This document shows positions 48,247 to 57,884 of a DNA stretch of 64,000 nucleotides, in pieces. The notes below the pieces were generated by a model that searched no databases, was not told where the DNA came from, and saw only the letters and a list, made by a program, of their open reading frames with translations. The position numbers were made by a program, and so were the translations under genes. Source of the stretch: Deltaproteobacteria bacterium (GTDB taxonomy: Bacteria; Myxococcota_A; Polyangia; Fen-1088); the NCBI GenBank assembly GCA_033763315.1, contig JANRKS010000022.1, positions 64,001 to 128,000 of the forward strand. The letters run 5' to 3'. Every line of letters starts with the position of its first letter. Positions within the stretch are counted from its first letter, which is position 1.

Positions 48247-49497
48247 CTAAATCTTCGATGATTCGCGACGACGCAGCTTCTCGACCAGCGTTGTGCGGCC
48301 CATACCCAACAAGCGCGCGGCTTCTTTCTTGTTGCCGCCCGTCTGCCCTAGCGCTGCATCTAAGTAGGCATTTTCCAGCTCGCGCAGCATCGTGGGCAGA
48401 TCCAACGGCAGCATCAACCGCACTGTGGGGAACGGCGGCCGATCGAAAACGCCCAGATCCAACACTTGCCCTGGCAACGTGAGCGGCGGCGGCGTCAACT
48501 CGTCGTCCACCACCGCAGGAGGCGTGCGTGAAGGCGGAATGAACGAAACCGGCGCTGGCGTGATTTCCGCGGGTGCACTCACAAGTTGTGGAGGTGCCAC
48601 GGGCGCGGCGAGCGGACGCTCATAACTTGTGAGCGTGGGAACGTAGATCTCACGGGAAACGCCGTCGTCCAGATCAAGCTGTGGCAGCGCTGCGTGACCT
48701 TCGGCGTGCCCCCCGAACTCCGGTGGCAGATCGTTGACCCGCACAACGGGGCCCTCGGTGCAAACAGAAAGCCGCTCCACGAGATTCTCAAGTTCACGCA
48801 CGTTGCCCGGCCAAGGGTAAGCCGAAAGCAGGCGCAAGACTTCTGGATCCACGGGGCGGGTCTCCCCCCGCGAGCGCCAAAAGTGAGCGAACAAAACCGC
48901 CACGTCGCCCGTGCGTTCACGCAAGGCGGGTAGTCGGATGGGACACACGAACAAACGGTAGTAAAGATCGCTGCGGAACCGCCCGGCTTTGACCTCCAAC
49001 GCGAGATCGCGGTTTGTTGCAGCAATCAACCGAAAGGTGGCGGTGACAGAATCAGAGCTTCCGACGGGCTCGTAGGTCCGCTCTTGCAGCAAGCGCAACA
49101 ACTTGACTTGCAGGCCCAGCGGCAACTCGCCGATTTCGTCCAAGAACAAAGTGCCACCCTCGGCCATGGCGACGCGGCCTTTGCGCGGGGTGGCGGCACC
49201 GGTGAAGGCCCCCTTGACGTAACCGAACAGTTCGCTCTCAAGCAGGTTCTCAGGAATGGCGCCGCAATTGACGGGAACGAACGGACGCGTCGCCCGGGGG
49301 CTGCTGGCGTGAATGAAGCGTGCGAACACCTCTTTGCCCGTGCCTGTTTCGCCCGTCAAAAGCACCGTGGCGTCGCTGACCGCGATCCGCCCACAGGCGC
49401 GGCGCGTCTCAGCCAAAGGCGAGCCAGCACCGTGGACCAAGCCAGAGCCAGCCTTCGCCACCTGCAAACCCTCTACAGATACCGCATGAACTGCCAT
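48247..49497 (-). CDS. FleQ/FlrA-like sigma54 activator lacking N-terminal domain
   Basis: [30 protein letters not shown], Pro-rich linker, HTH '[20 protein letters not shown]' (FleQ-type RTTLVEK); ATG 49497. Confidence 0.88.
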   Translation of the reverse strand: MAVHAVSVEGLQVAKAGSGLVHGAGSPLAETRRACGRIAVSDATVLLTGETGTGKEVFARFIHASSPRATRPFVPVNCGAIPENLLESELFGYVKGAFTGAATPRKGRVAMAEGGTLFLDEIGELPLGLQVKLLRLLQERTYEPVGSSDSVTATFRLIAATNRDLALEVKAGRFRSDLYYRLFVCPIRLPALRERTGDVAVLFAHFWRSRGETRPVDPEVLRLLSAYPWPGNVRELENLVERLSVCTEGPVVRVNDLPPEFGGHAEGHAALPQLDLDDGVSREIYVPTLTSYERPLAAPVAPPQLVSAPAEITPAPVSFIPPSRTPPAVVDDELTPPPLTLPGQVLDLGVFDRPPFPTVRLMLPLDLPTMLRELENAYLDAALGQTGGNKKEAARLLGMGRTTLVEKLRRRESSKI

Positions 49498-49510
49498 CTT
49501 GATGGTTTCT

Positions 49511-49537
49511 GCATCGGCGGCCCTGAAGCACCCTTGA
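49511..49537 (-). promoter_or_regulatory. sigma28-type promoter upstream of FleQ-like gene
   Basis: TCAAG-N14-GCCGATGC, ending 14 nt before the ATG. Confidence 0.6.
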
Positions 49538-49693
49538 GCCAAAAACGTGTCGTTTCGCTTTTTCGTCAGAACACGGACACAGCGACCGCGTCAAAAGTGC
49601 GGCGGCCTGCCGCATCATAGAAGACATCTCCTCTATCAAGAGGGTCACAACTTCAGGCGATACACCCATGGGGACGGGCTCCACAGCATCGAA

Positions 49694-50965
49694 ATGGCGG
49701 CAACAGGCAAAAGCGCACGTGTGATCTCCATTGGCGGGGGCAAAGGTGGCGTGGGCAAGAGCATCGTCGCTGGCAACCTCGCGGTGGCCTTTGCGCAAAT
49801 GGGGTTACGCGTGGTCTTGGTGGATGCCGATTTGGGCGCCGCCAACCAGCACACCTTGCTGGGCGTGGATCGAGCGTCCACAGGGCTCTTGGATTTCCTT
49901 GAACGGAAGGTGGAAACGCTATCCGAGGCCACTTCGCCCACCAACGTAGAGAACTTGCGTTTGGTGGTGGGCACGGGCGCGGTGCCAAACGCCGCCAACA
50001 TCAGTCACGCACAAAAGCAGAAGCTGATGCGACACATCCGTTCGGCAGACGCCGACGTGGTGGTGATCGATGTCGGCGCAGGATCGTCTCACAACACGGT
50101 CGACTTTTTCGACCTGGGCGACGCACGCGTGTTGGTGGTCACCGCACAATTGACGTCCATTCAAAACGCTTACGGCTTCCTCAAGGCCGCCGTGCTACGT
50201 CTGCTAAAGCACGCGTGCGTTGGCAAAGAACAGATCGATGTGTTCGATGCGTCGGTGGGTCTGCGTGAGACCGAGCGCATCGACGACATTCTAAGCCGCG
50301 TGGCACACGCAGATGCGGCGCTCGAAGGCCATCTGCGCGACGTGCTGGCCAGCTTCGACGTGCGCTTGGTGGGCAACCAAGTGGCGGAGAGCCAGGATAT
50401 GGGCATCTTCCGCGGCGTGGGCCGCATGGTGCGCGACTTTTTGGCGGTTCCGCTGCCCTTGGCGGGATTCTTGTCGCAAACGCGCGACGTACATGAATCT
50501 GTAAACCGGCGCACACCTGTGTTGCTGACCAACCCTCACGATGAAAACGCGCGGGCCTTGCGCGCCATTGCAGAGTCGCTGCTTATCCCGTTGCCCAGCC
50601 CCGAGCCAAGGCGCCCCCCCCACGCCGGACGCTTGCTCAACGGCGACGAAGACGTGGCGCAGGTGTTGCGACGCCACCCACGCCTGACTGTGGATTGGGT
50701 GGCGGCCATTGAACAAGCGGGGCGCATCACTTCGGTGCGCGTGATTGACGTCTCCGCGGGAGGCGTGGGCATCGTGACGCGCCTCAAGCTCACCGACGGA
50801 GATAAGTTCAACCTCATATTGAACCAGCCTCAGCTTAAACTGACGGTCCCAACCGTGGTGCGTAACGTGGAAGCCGACGGCACACGGGTGGGCTTGTCCT
50901 ACGTGGCCGAGGATGAAACGCCACTGAGGATTTTGAAGGTCGCGCGCGCCGATCTCACCCGGTAA
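49694..50965 (+). CDS. flhG: FleN/FlhG (MinD-family) ATPase fused to C-terminal PilZ domain
   Basis: GGKGGVGKS, DADLGAAN, IDVGAG; C-terminal RRHPR (RxxxR) and DVSAGG (DxSxxG); ATG 49694. Confidence 0.85.
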   Translation: MAATGKSARVISIGGGKGGVGKSIVAGNLAVAFAQMGLRVVLVDADLGAANQHTLLGVDRASTGLLDFLERKVETLSEATSPTNVENLRLVVGTGAVPNAANISHAQKQKLMRHIRSADADVVVIDVGAGSSHNTVDFFDLGDARVLVVTAQLTSIQNAYGFLKAAVLRLLKHACVGKEQIDVFDASVGLRETERIDDILSRVAHADAALEGHLRDVLASFDVRLVGNQVAESQDMGIFRGVGRMVRDFLAVPLPLAGFLSQTRDVHESVNRRTPVLLTNPHDENARALRAIAESLLIPLPSPEPRRPPHAGRLLNGDEDVAQVLRRHPRLTVDWVAAIEQAGRITSVRVIDVSAGGVGIVTRLKLTDGDKFNLILNQPQLKLTVPTVVRNVEADGTRVGLSYVAEDETPLRILKVARADLTR

Positions 50966-51017
50966 GCAAAACCAGGGCTTGGCGTGTGCAAGCCTGCACT
51001 GATAGGCTGCTCATTCT

Positions 51018-51581
51018 GTGTCCAAAATGGAAAAGCCCAAGCGCGTCCCCTCCCCTGACAATCTGGTGTGGATCGATCTCGAGATGACCGGGCTTGACCT
51101 GGATCAGCACGTGATCATCCAGGCCGCCGTGATCATCACCGATGCGGAACTGCGTCCGCTGGAAGAGTTCGCCTGTGACGTGTGGCAGCCCGAAGCCGAC
51201 CTGGCGCGCATGTCCCCGTTCGTGCGTGAAATGCACGAGACCAACGGTTTAATAGAGCGCGTGCGTGCAAGCCGGTTTGATACGGGCGACGCGGAAAAGC
51301 GGCTGTTGGAACGCGTGGCAGGTTGGTGCACGTATCCCGCCACGGTGTGTGGCAACACGATCTGGCAAGATCGTAAGTTCATCGATAAATACATGCCGGG
51401 CCTCGGCCGCTATTTGCACTACCGGCTGATCGACGTCAGCTCACTTAAATCTTTGGCACAGCGGTGGTATCCCGATGCGGCGCCGTTTGCGAAGTCAAAG
51501 CAAGGCGAACATGACGCCTTGGTCGACATTCGCAATTCCATCGCTGAACTGGCCCATTACCGCAAAACAATCTTGCGCTAA
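51018..51581 (+). CDS. orn: Oligoribonuclease
   Basis: LVWIDLEMTGLD, MHETNGL, GNTIWQDRKF, HYRLIDVSSLK, HDALVDIRNSIAEL. Confidence 0.96.
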   Translation: MSKMEKPKRVPSPDNLVWIDLEMTGLDLDQHVIIQAAVIITDAELRPLEEFACDVWQPEADLARMSPFVREMHETNGLIERVRASRFDTGDAEKRLLERVAGWCTYPATVCGNTIWQDRKFIDKYMPGLGRYLHYRLIDVSSLKSLAQRWYPDAAPFAKSKQGEHDALVDIRNSIAELAHYRKTILR

Positions 51582-51583
51582 CG

Positions 51584-52723
51584 ATGAGTTCGCCACGCCA
51601 GCCGTCAGCCGCCACGATCACGACCTTGCTTGGCGGCTTGGTTGGCTTAGCCGCTTTGCTGTGTGTGACCGGCTGCGAACAGCGGAACAGCAATACCGAT
51701 GGCGGCGCCACCGATGCGTTCAATGACGATAGCCTTGGCGGCCCTGATGTCTTGAGCATCGGCCTTTCCGTTGACTTCACCATCAATTGCCCTGTGGCCA
51801 CCGATGCCGACGCCGGCCTCCCAACCGGCTGCTGTCGTGCGCCCGCGCCCGCGGTCTTGACGTTCGTGCCGATCACGGGTGGCCCCGTGGACCGCTATTT
51901 CTGGCAATTCGGCGACGAGCAGAAATCCTTCGTCGTGACGCCCACGCATACCTATGCCTTACCCAACCAATACGACGTAACGTTGGTGGTGGGCGGCAGC
52001 GCCGGCACATTGTCGGAAACCAAACGCGCATGCGTCGACGTGCAGCCAAACCCCACGGGTGCGGCGTGCGAGGTGGATGTGCAATGCCAAACGGGCAACA
52101 CATGTTTGTGCGGCGCCCAAAGCCAATGCGGTTCGCCGTTTTTCCGCGGGCTCTGCGTGAAAAGCTGCCGCGATGCCGATTGCGCGGCGCCGTCGGTGTG
52201 CGCGGACCTCAGTTTGGGGGGCGGGGCCACAACCGAATCACCTTGGCGGCGCCCGTGGTGCCTGGGCGCGTGTGCAACCAGTGCGGATTGCCCCGTGGGC
52301 AACCAATGCCGTGAGCTTCCGGGCCGCTATCCCGCGGGCAAATGGGTCAAAGCCTGCTTTCCCAGTTTTCCTTTGCCGTCGGGCAGCCCCTGCCGAAACG
52401 CCAAAGGCGTGCTCGATTCACCCAGTTGTGTGACTGGTTTATGTGCCGACATCGGCGCGCTCGGTATGTGTACCAACCGTTGTGAAAACAGCGATTGCCC
52501 CGCCAACTTCACTTGCAGCGCCTTGGCGAATGGGGAAAAGGCTTGCCTGCCCAACTGCAAACCAGGCGACACGTGCAATGACGATTTATGGCTTGCCTGT
52601 CGACCCACGGCGGGCGGTTTGACGGGATCAGTGTGTGGACCTCGGCCGTGCACCGCCGACGCTGATTGCGTGAACGGCCGCTGCGCCCTATCGGGATCCT
52701 CCGGGGTTTGTTCGAGCCGTTAG
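51584..52723 (+). CDS. PKD-domain, Cys-rich lipoprotein
   Basis: VTGC lipobox, WQFGD..PTHTY..YDVTLVV PKD core, repeated CxxxxDC motifs. Confidence 0.8.
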   Translation: MSSPRQPSAATITTLLGGLVGLAALLCVTGCEQRNSNTDGGATDAFNDDSLGGPDVLSIGLSVDFTINCPVATDADAGLPTGCCRAPAPAVLTFVPITGGPVDRYFWQFGDEQKSFVVTPTHTYALPNQYDVTLVVGGSAGTLSETKRACVDVQPNPTGAACEVDVQCQTGNTCLCGAQSQCGSPFFRGLCVKSCRDADCAAPSVCADLSLGGGATTESPWRRPWCLGACATSADCPVGNQCRELPGRYPAGKWVKACFPSFPLPSGSPCRNAKGVLDSPSCVTGLCADIGALGMCTNRCENSDCPANFTCSALANGEKACLPNCKPGDTCNDDLWLACRPTAGGLTGSVCGPRPCTADADCVNGRCALSGSSGVCSSR

Positions 52724-52805
52724 ACCCACCCTCCGTGAGATACCGCACCTTAAAGGCTTTGGGCGTGGTGTCCCCTCTTGCGTCGGGTGGCCTTGGCAGC
52801 GCAGC

Positions 52806-54146
52806 ATGCGGCCTATGGGAAACGCAAGTAGTCTGTCTCGTCGCACCCTCATGCAAGTTGCAGCGGCCGGAGCCGTCGCACCTCTGTTAACCCGATCTAA
52901 CCGCGTGTGGGGTGCCAACGAGCGCATCTCGTTGGGGTTCATTGGTTGTGGTGGCATCACCAAAGCGCACTTTGAGGCGCTGGGCGATATGAAGGACGCC
53001 GAAGTGATCGCGGCCTGCGACATCGACGAGAAGCGCGCCGGCGATATGGCCGCCCAATGCAACAAGCGCTACGGCCGCACGCCAGAGCTTTACGCTGATT
53101 TTCGCAAACTTCTTGAACGCAAAGACATCGACGCCGTGTTCGTGGCGTCACCTGATCACTGGCACGGACTGCACCTCATCCACGCCTGTGAGGCAGGCAA
53201 AGACGTTTATGTTGAAAAGCCCTTGAGCTTCACCGTGGGCGAAGGCCGCGCGATGGTCAAAGCCGCCGAAAAGCACAAACGTGTGGTGCAGGTGGGCACG
53301 CAACAGCGTTCAAACAAGATCTACCAAGACACGATCGACTACATTCGTTCGGGCAAGCTCGGCCGTGTAAGCGAAGTGCAAACGTGGAACGTCTATAACG
53401 GTGCTGGCATGGGCGCGCCCGCTGACGGCGATCCACCCGCGGGCGTTGATTATGATTTTTGGCTGGGCCCCGCACCCAAGCGCGCGTTCAACGCAAAACG
53501 TTTCCACGGCAGCTGGCGGTACTTCCGCGACTATGGCGGCGGGTACGTCACCGATTGGAACACGCACCACCAAGACATCGTACATCTGGCCATGGATAGC
53601 TGGTCGCCGAAATCCGTGGCGATGGACGGCTTCGTGGTGAACACCGACGACAACCGCGATATGCCCGATACAGCGAAGGTGACGTTCACCTACGATGCGC
53701 CCCAAGGCGAATTCATCTCAACGTACACCGTTCGGCGCGGTAACCAGCGGCCGCCTGACATGGATCTGACGCATTCGGATCACGGCATCGCCTTTTACGG
53801 CAAAAACGGCACGCTCGTGATCACACGTTCCGGCTGGACGGTCTATGGCGAAAGCCGCAAGGACACACCCGTGAAGAACGAAGGCGATACCAAGATGCAA
53901 CCACACGTGCGCAACTTCTTGGACTGCATTCGAAGCCGCAACAAGACCACAAGCGACATCGCCAGCATGCATATGTCAACGCTGGTCAACCACATCGCCA
54001 ACATTTCGTGGCGCGTGGGCCGCAAGGTCTACTGGAACGCAAAAACGGAAACGCTGTTTGCCGACGCCGCGCTCAAACAAAGCGACAAGGAAGCCAACAA
54101 ACTGTTGTTCCGCGATCCGCGCAAGCCCTGGAAGTTCCCGGCCTAA
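52806..54146 (+). CDS. Gfo/Idh/MocA oxidoreductase with Tat signal
   Basis: SRRTLM, GFIGCGG, SPDHWH, YVEKP, QVGTQQRS, DWNTHHQD. Confidence 0.92.
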   Translation: MRPMGNASSLSRRTLMQVAAAGAVAPLLTRSNRVWGANERISLGFIGCGGITKAHFEALGDMKDAEVIAACDIDEKRAGDMAAQCNKRYGRTPELYADFRKLLERKDIDAVFVASPDHWHGLHLIHACEAGKDVYVEKPLSFTVGEGRAMVKAAEKHKRVVQVGTQQRSNKIYQDTIDYIRSGKLGRVSEVQTWNVYNGAGMGAPADGDPPAGVDYDFWLGPAPKRAFNAKRFHGSWRYFRDYGGGYVTDWNTHHQDIVHLAMDSWSPKSVAMDGFVVNTDDNRDMPDTAKVTFTYDAPQGEFISTYTVRRGNQRPPDMDLTHSDHGIAFYGKNGTLVITRSGWTVYGESRKDTPVKNEGDTKMQPHVRNFLDCIRSRNKTTSDIASMHMSTLVNHIANISWRVGRKVYWNAKTETLFADAALKQSDKEANKLLFRDPRKPWKFPA

Positions 54147-54205
54147 GCGCCGGCAAGCGCGCACGGAGGGGGCGCCAGGCCTCCTTCCGTGCGGCCGCTG
54201 CGGTG

Positions 54206-54640
54206 CTATTCAACTTCTTGGCGAATCACGATCTTGTTCGAGGGGCTGCCCACCTCGGCGGACTCTTCAGCCGTCACAAGCACCGTGAATTCATCATAAG
54301 CGCACGTGGCTTCAGCCTTGCCCACGCGTTCATCTTTGTCGTACTGCAAGTGACCCGCCTTTTGAGTGGGCTGCCCCTTGGCGGTGAACCAAACCACAAA
54401 CGCTTCGGCGTCTTCGGCCACGCGATCGGGCGGTGGCAAGTTTTGAATGTCGATGGTCACAAGCTTGTTGCCCGTTTCACGCTTTTCAACCTTGATGTTG
54501 GCGTCAGCGCTGGCCGATGTGCCTGTGCCCGTAACGTAGTATTTGTTCGGCCCACCACAGGCCACCAAGCCACCTGCACCGATAAGTGCCGCACCCAACA
54601 ACACACGTTGGGACAAAGTCGAAGCAAAGCGAAAGTTCAT
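54206..54640 (-). CDS. Hypothetical lipoprotein
   Basis: ATG 54640 with AAGGA SD; LVAC lipobox; LPPP..FVVW..VTAEE beta domain. Confidence 0.75.
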   Translation of the reverse strand: MNFRFASTLSQRVLLGAALIGAGGLVACGGPNKYYVTGTGTSASADANIKVEKRETGNKLVTIDIQNLPPPDRVAEDAEAFVVWFTAKGQPTQKAGHLQYDKDERVGKAEATCAYDEFTVLVTAEESAEVGSPSNKIVIRQEVE

Positions 54641-54728
54641 TGATCGGTTCCTTTCGTAAATAGGTGTGGCGAAGCCACGGGCGCAGAGTTTACACCCTTT
54701 CCGCGCCCATACACACCATGGCCCGCCG

Positions 54729-55718
54729 TCACGGCTTGGCGGGCACCGCCGACGCCAAAAGTGGCGCGAGCACGGCGGCCAACGCAACGTCATCTTCGGG
54801 CACATTCACTCCCTTGTACAAGAACCACGTTTCTGTGTGTTCCGCGCTGCCGCCCGCGGCAATGGGTCGCAAGGGAGCCAATGATTCGACCTCGATGAAA
54901 TCGCCCGCGGTGTAGACCTCGGTGTTGCTGCCGAAATCCGTGTAGATAGCCCCCTCGAAAAAAGGCATGCGCTTGACGAACAGGGTGCCGGCATTGGCAT
55001 AAGCCACCCAACCTAGGTGGTTGCCAAAGCCTACTTTTTGTGGCGCTTTGGCGGCGCTGTCGGTGCGCAGGCGCGTGAACTTCGGTCCAAACGAAAACCG
55101 CTTGTCGGCCAAATTCGTATACGCCCACAGCGCCATGGGCCGCACGGGCAACAGAGCCTCGGGGTGAGGGCGCACGGGCTCGTTGGGCACAAGCGCCACG
55201 CCACCGCCACGCAACACCGAGATCGCCCACGGCGCCGCTTCGATGGCCCACGGCCCCACGTTCTTGAGGCGGTGAATCACAGTGACCCGTGTGCCGGTGG
55301 GATCAAGACGCACTTCGATTTCCTTTTGCAAATGCGTGGGCGCTTCGGGAGCCGCGGTGAACCTGACGTGCCCTGGTGCCAGCACCGTGATCTGTGGCGG
55401 CGCGTTGTCTGGCACATAAGAACGCCCCGCTTGCTCAGGCGCGTGCCACAAACGATGGCCGCCCCACAAGGTGAATTTCGTCAGGTCAATGGATTCGCCC
55501 TGCGGAGGCATCTCGGCAAACACATTCGCGGCGCCTGCGAAACCATAGCTCAACACCCGCGGCCCCACGTCACGTGTCACCACCACATCCACGGTTCCGT
55601 TCGACAGCTTCGTGCAGCGTTGATTCCTCAAGCACGTGACATCGGTGCTGGTGACTTTCGCAGACACCGAAGAGCCCCAACTCAAAACCCCAAGAAGCAC
55701 AACCCAGGCAATACGCAT
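54729..55718 (-). CDS. Exported galactose-mutarotase-like protein (DUF4380-like)
   Basis: Signal peptide, GPRVLSY, GGHRLWHAPE, EVESLAP, HTETW. Confidence 0.7.
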   Translation of the reverse strand: MRIAWVVLLGVLSWGSSVSAKVTSTDVTCLRNQRCTKLSNGTVDVVVTRDVGPRVLSYGFAGAANVFAEMPPQGESIDLTKFTLWGGHRLWHAPEQAGRSYVPDNAPPQITVLAPGHVRFTAAPEAPTHLQKEIEVRLDPTGTRVTVIHRLKNVGPWAIEAAPWAISVLRGGGVALVPNEPVRPHPEALLPVRPMALWAYTNLADKRFSFGPKFTRLRTDSAAKAPQKVGFGNHLGWVAYANAGTLFVKRMPFFEGAIYTDFGSNTEVYTAGDFIEVESLAPLRPIAAGGSAEHTETWFLYKGVNVPEDDVALAAVLAPLLASAVPAKP

Positions 55719-55772
55719 ATCCGCGTTTTCGCACAAACCACAGGCCGCCGGAAACGCAAAACGCGCGGCGGC

Positions 55773-57884
55773 TCAAACAACGAACATCAACATGCGCCCG
55801 ATCACGGCGGGCAGCACCGATCGCGAGGCGGCAAAGGCAAGCACGGACACGAACTGCACCGCCATCACAGGCCACGACAACGCCGATGTGTTGGCCACCA
55901 CCGACACGAACGTCGCGACCGCCACCGTGCGCCAGCTCCACCCAAAACGCTGTTGCAGCGAACGCGCAAGCAAGGCGCGCAAAATCAGCTCTTCACTGCA
56001 CACCATCACCAACGGCGCAGGCGCGGCGCCGCCATACACGCGCAAGCCGGCACACGCGGCGCCCGCAAACACCAGCGCGCCGAACGATCGCAACAACGCT
56101 TGGCCACGCCAATTCGCCAACAGCGCGGGCACCGCCTCGCCACGCCGTCGCAAGCCACGCCGTATCGAGACCAAGAACAACCAAACGCCCAGGCCCACCA
56201 ACGCCGCCCACACAGCGGCACCCATTTGAGATTCCTGCACCGACAGGCCCGCGGGCGCGGCCACCAACAGCTGCACGCCGCAAAACAACAGCACGCACGC
56301 CAACGCACCATCGCCCGTCGTCAAGGGACGCGGCCGCCCTGGATCAAGGGCCGATTCCGCGCGGTGCACGCCGGTGGACCACACCAAACCAACAGCGGTG
56401 GCGTAAAGCACCAACGTGCGCGCCGCCAGCACACCATCGCGCAGCAACGCCACATTGAAAAGCCCCGCCACCATCAAGAACACATAGACGGTGCCGGGCC
56501 CCAAAGCGTTGCGGCCATCATCGGAAAGATCGGCCGCGTTGCAACCCACCCCCACGGCCAACACACACAGAAGCCCGCTGCCGAACACGACGAGCGCCAG
56601 CGTGCGCCACAGCTCCACGTCGCGCAGAGAGTCGCCGCCCAACACGGTCATGGCGGCGTAAGCCAAAAGCCCCACGCCCACGATGATCCACAACCACGCG
56701 CGCGCCTTGCCCCACATCAAGCGCCACAACGGCACCGGCACCGATCGCAAGATCCAAAACGCGCGGCGTTCACCCTGCATGTGCGGCAACGGCCCGAGCG
56801 TCGCCAAATACGCCGCCAACGAATAAGCCACCAAGCCTGCACGGCGCGGACCTGTGCCTAAGGCGTCCATGCCCACGGCACCAAACAGTTGCACACCCAC
56901 AAACAGAAACGGCATCGCCAACAGCGACACGAAACGCGCCCGATCGCGCACCAGCATGCGCCACTCTTTGCCCGCGATCGAAAGCGCCGCGCCCGTCCGC
57001 GGTGACAAGGACTCGGTGTCGTAAGGCAGCCCGGCATCCTGCCACCCGCGTCGGGAGGACCACGCGGCCACGCCCGCGGCCCCCACCACGCTCGCCAGCG
57101 CAAAACCAACCAGCGCCAGCAGCCACACCGTGGCTTGTGCACCACCGGCGCGTAACGCGAGCAACGGGTTGCACAAGATCATCAGCGAGGTGTGATTCAG
57201 AAAACCTGCGTAGGGCGAAACCACCTGCACAAATTGTTGCGGCTGCCGCAACACAAATGAAGCCAACGCCCACAACATCGCAACCGCCAACGCAGACACA
57301 AGGCCAAACGCCGTTGCCAGGGCGCGCCGGCGGCGCAGTGGCACGCGCCCCAACAAGCCCAAACTCACACATTGCCCGCAACCGGTCAGGCTGATCTGCA
57401 CGATCACGGAGATCGCCAACGCCATCACGAAGCCCCGGGCCCCCAACCTCCACACATAGGCCGCCGCCGCCAGTACGGGCAGCAAAAACAACGAGCCCCA
57501 AAAATCCAAGATGGCCGACGCGAACGCACGCGCGGCCACCAACGCTGGCAAGCTCACAGGGCGCGCCAAAAAGAACTCGTTCTCACCCGTCCCCGCCACC
57601 ACCGCATCGCCGCCCGTGATCTTCGACATCAAGCTGGCCAGCGTTAAACCCCACACCACAACAGATAACGTTGCCGCTTGCACAGGCCAAGGCGCCACCT
57701 GCGCCACCACGCCGAACGCGGAAATGAACAAGCCCACGTAGGTGAGGGGTAACAGCAAGGCCACCACGCCCAACCAGCGGCTACCAGAATGGCCACCGCG
57801 ACGAAAGCTGTGCCACGTGTGGCGCAAACGAAAGCGCACCAACACGCGCACCAAACGCCACACGCTCGCGAGGCCGGTGGTCAT
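55773..57884 (-). CDS. Large multi-pass ABC transporter permease with degenerate Abi/CPBP-like C-terminus
   Basis: Many TM helices, FLARPVS, KEWRMLVRD, ILRSVPV ABC-2-like motifs; start overlaps the ATPase stop. Confidence 0.75.
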   Translation of the reverse strand: MTTGLASVWRLVRVLVRFRLRHTWHSFRRGGHSGSRWLGVVALLLPLTYVGLFISAFGVVAQVAPWPVQAATLSVVVWGLTLASLMSKITGGDAVVAGTGENEFFLARPVSLPALVAARAFASAILDFWGSLFLLPVLAAAAYVWRLGARGFVMALAISVIVQISLTGCGQCVSLGLLGRVPLRRRRALATAFGLVSALAVAMLWALASFVLRQPQQFVQVVSPYAGFLNHTSLMILCNPLLALRAGGAQATVWLLALVGFALASVVGAAGVAAWSSRRGWQDAGLPYDTESLSPRTGAALSIAGKEWRMLVRDRARFVSLLAMPFLFVGVQLFGAVGMDALGTGPRRAGLVAYSLAAYLATLGPLPHMQGERRAFWILRSVPVPLWRLMWGKARAWLWIIVGVGLLAYAAMTVLGGDSLRDVELWRTLALVVFGSGLLCVLAVGVGCNAADLSDDGRNALGPGTVYVFLMVAGLFNVALLRDGVLAARTLVLYATAVGLVWSTGVHRAESALDPGRPRPLTTGDGALACVLLFCGVQLLVAAPAGLSVQESQMGAAVWAALVGLGVWLFLVSIRRGLRRRGEAVPALLANWRGQALLRSFGALVFAGAACAGLRVYGGAAPAPLVMVCSEELILRALLARSLQQRFGWSWRTVAVATFVSVVANTSALSWPVMAVQFVSVLAFAASRSVLPAVIGRMLMFVV

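Noticed and set aside
49547-49693. 5' extension of the flhG ORF
   Set aside because: Covers the divergent promoter region; the MinD fold starts right after ATG 49694.
55017-56861. 614-aa His/Arg/Gln-rich plus-strand ORF
   Set aside because: Composition expected from the reverse complement of hydrophobic codons of the permease.
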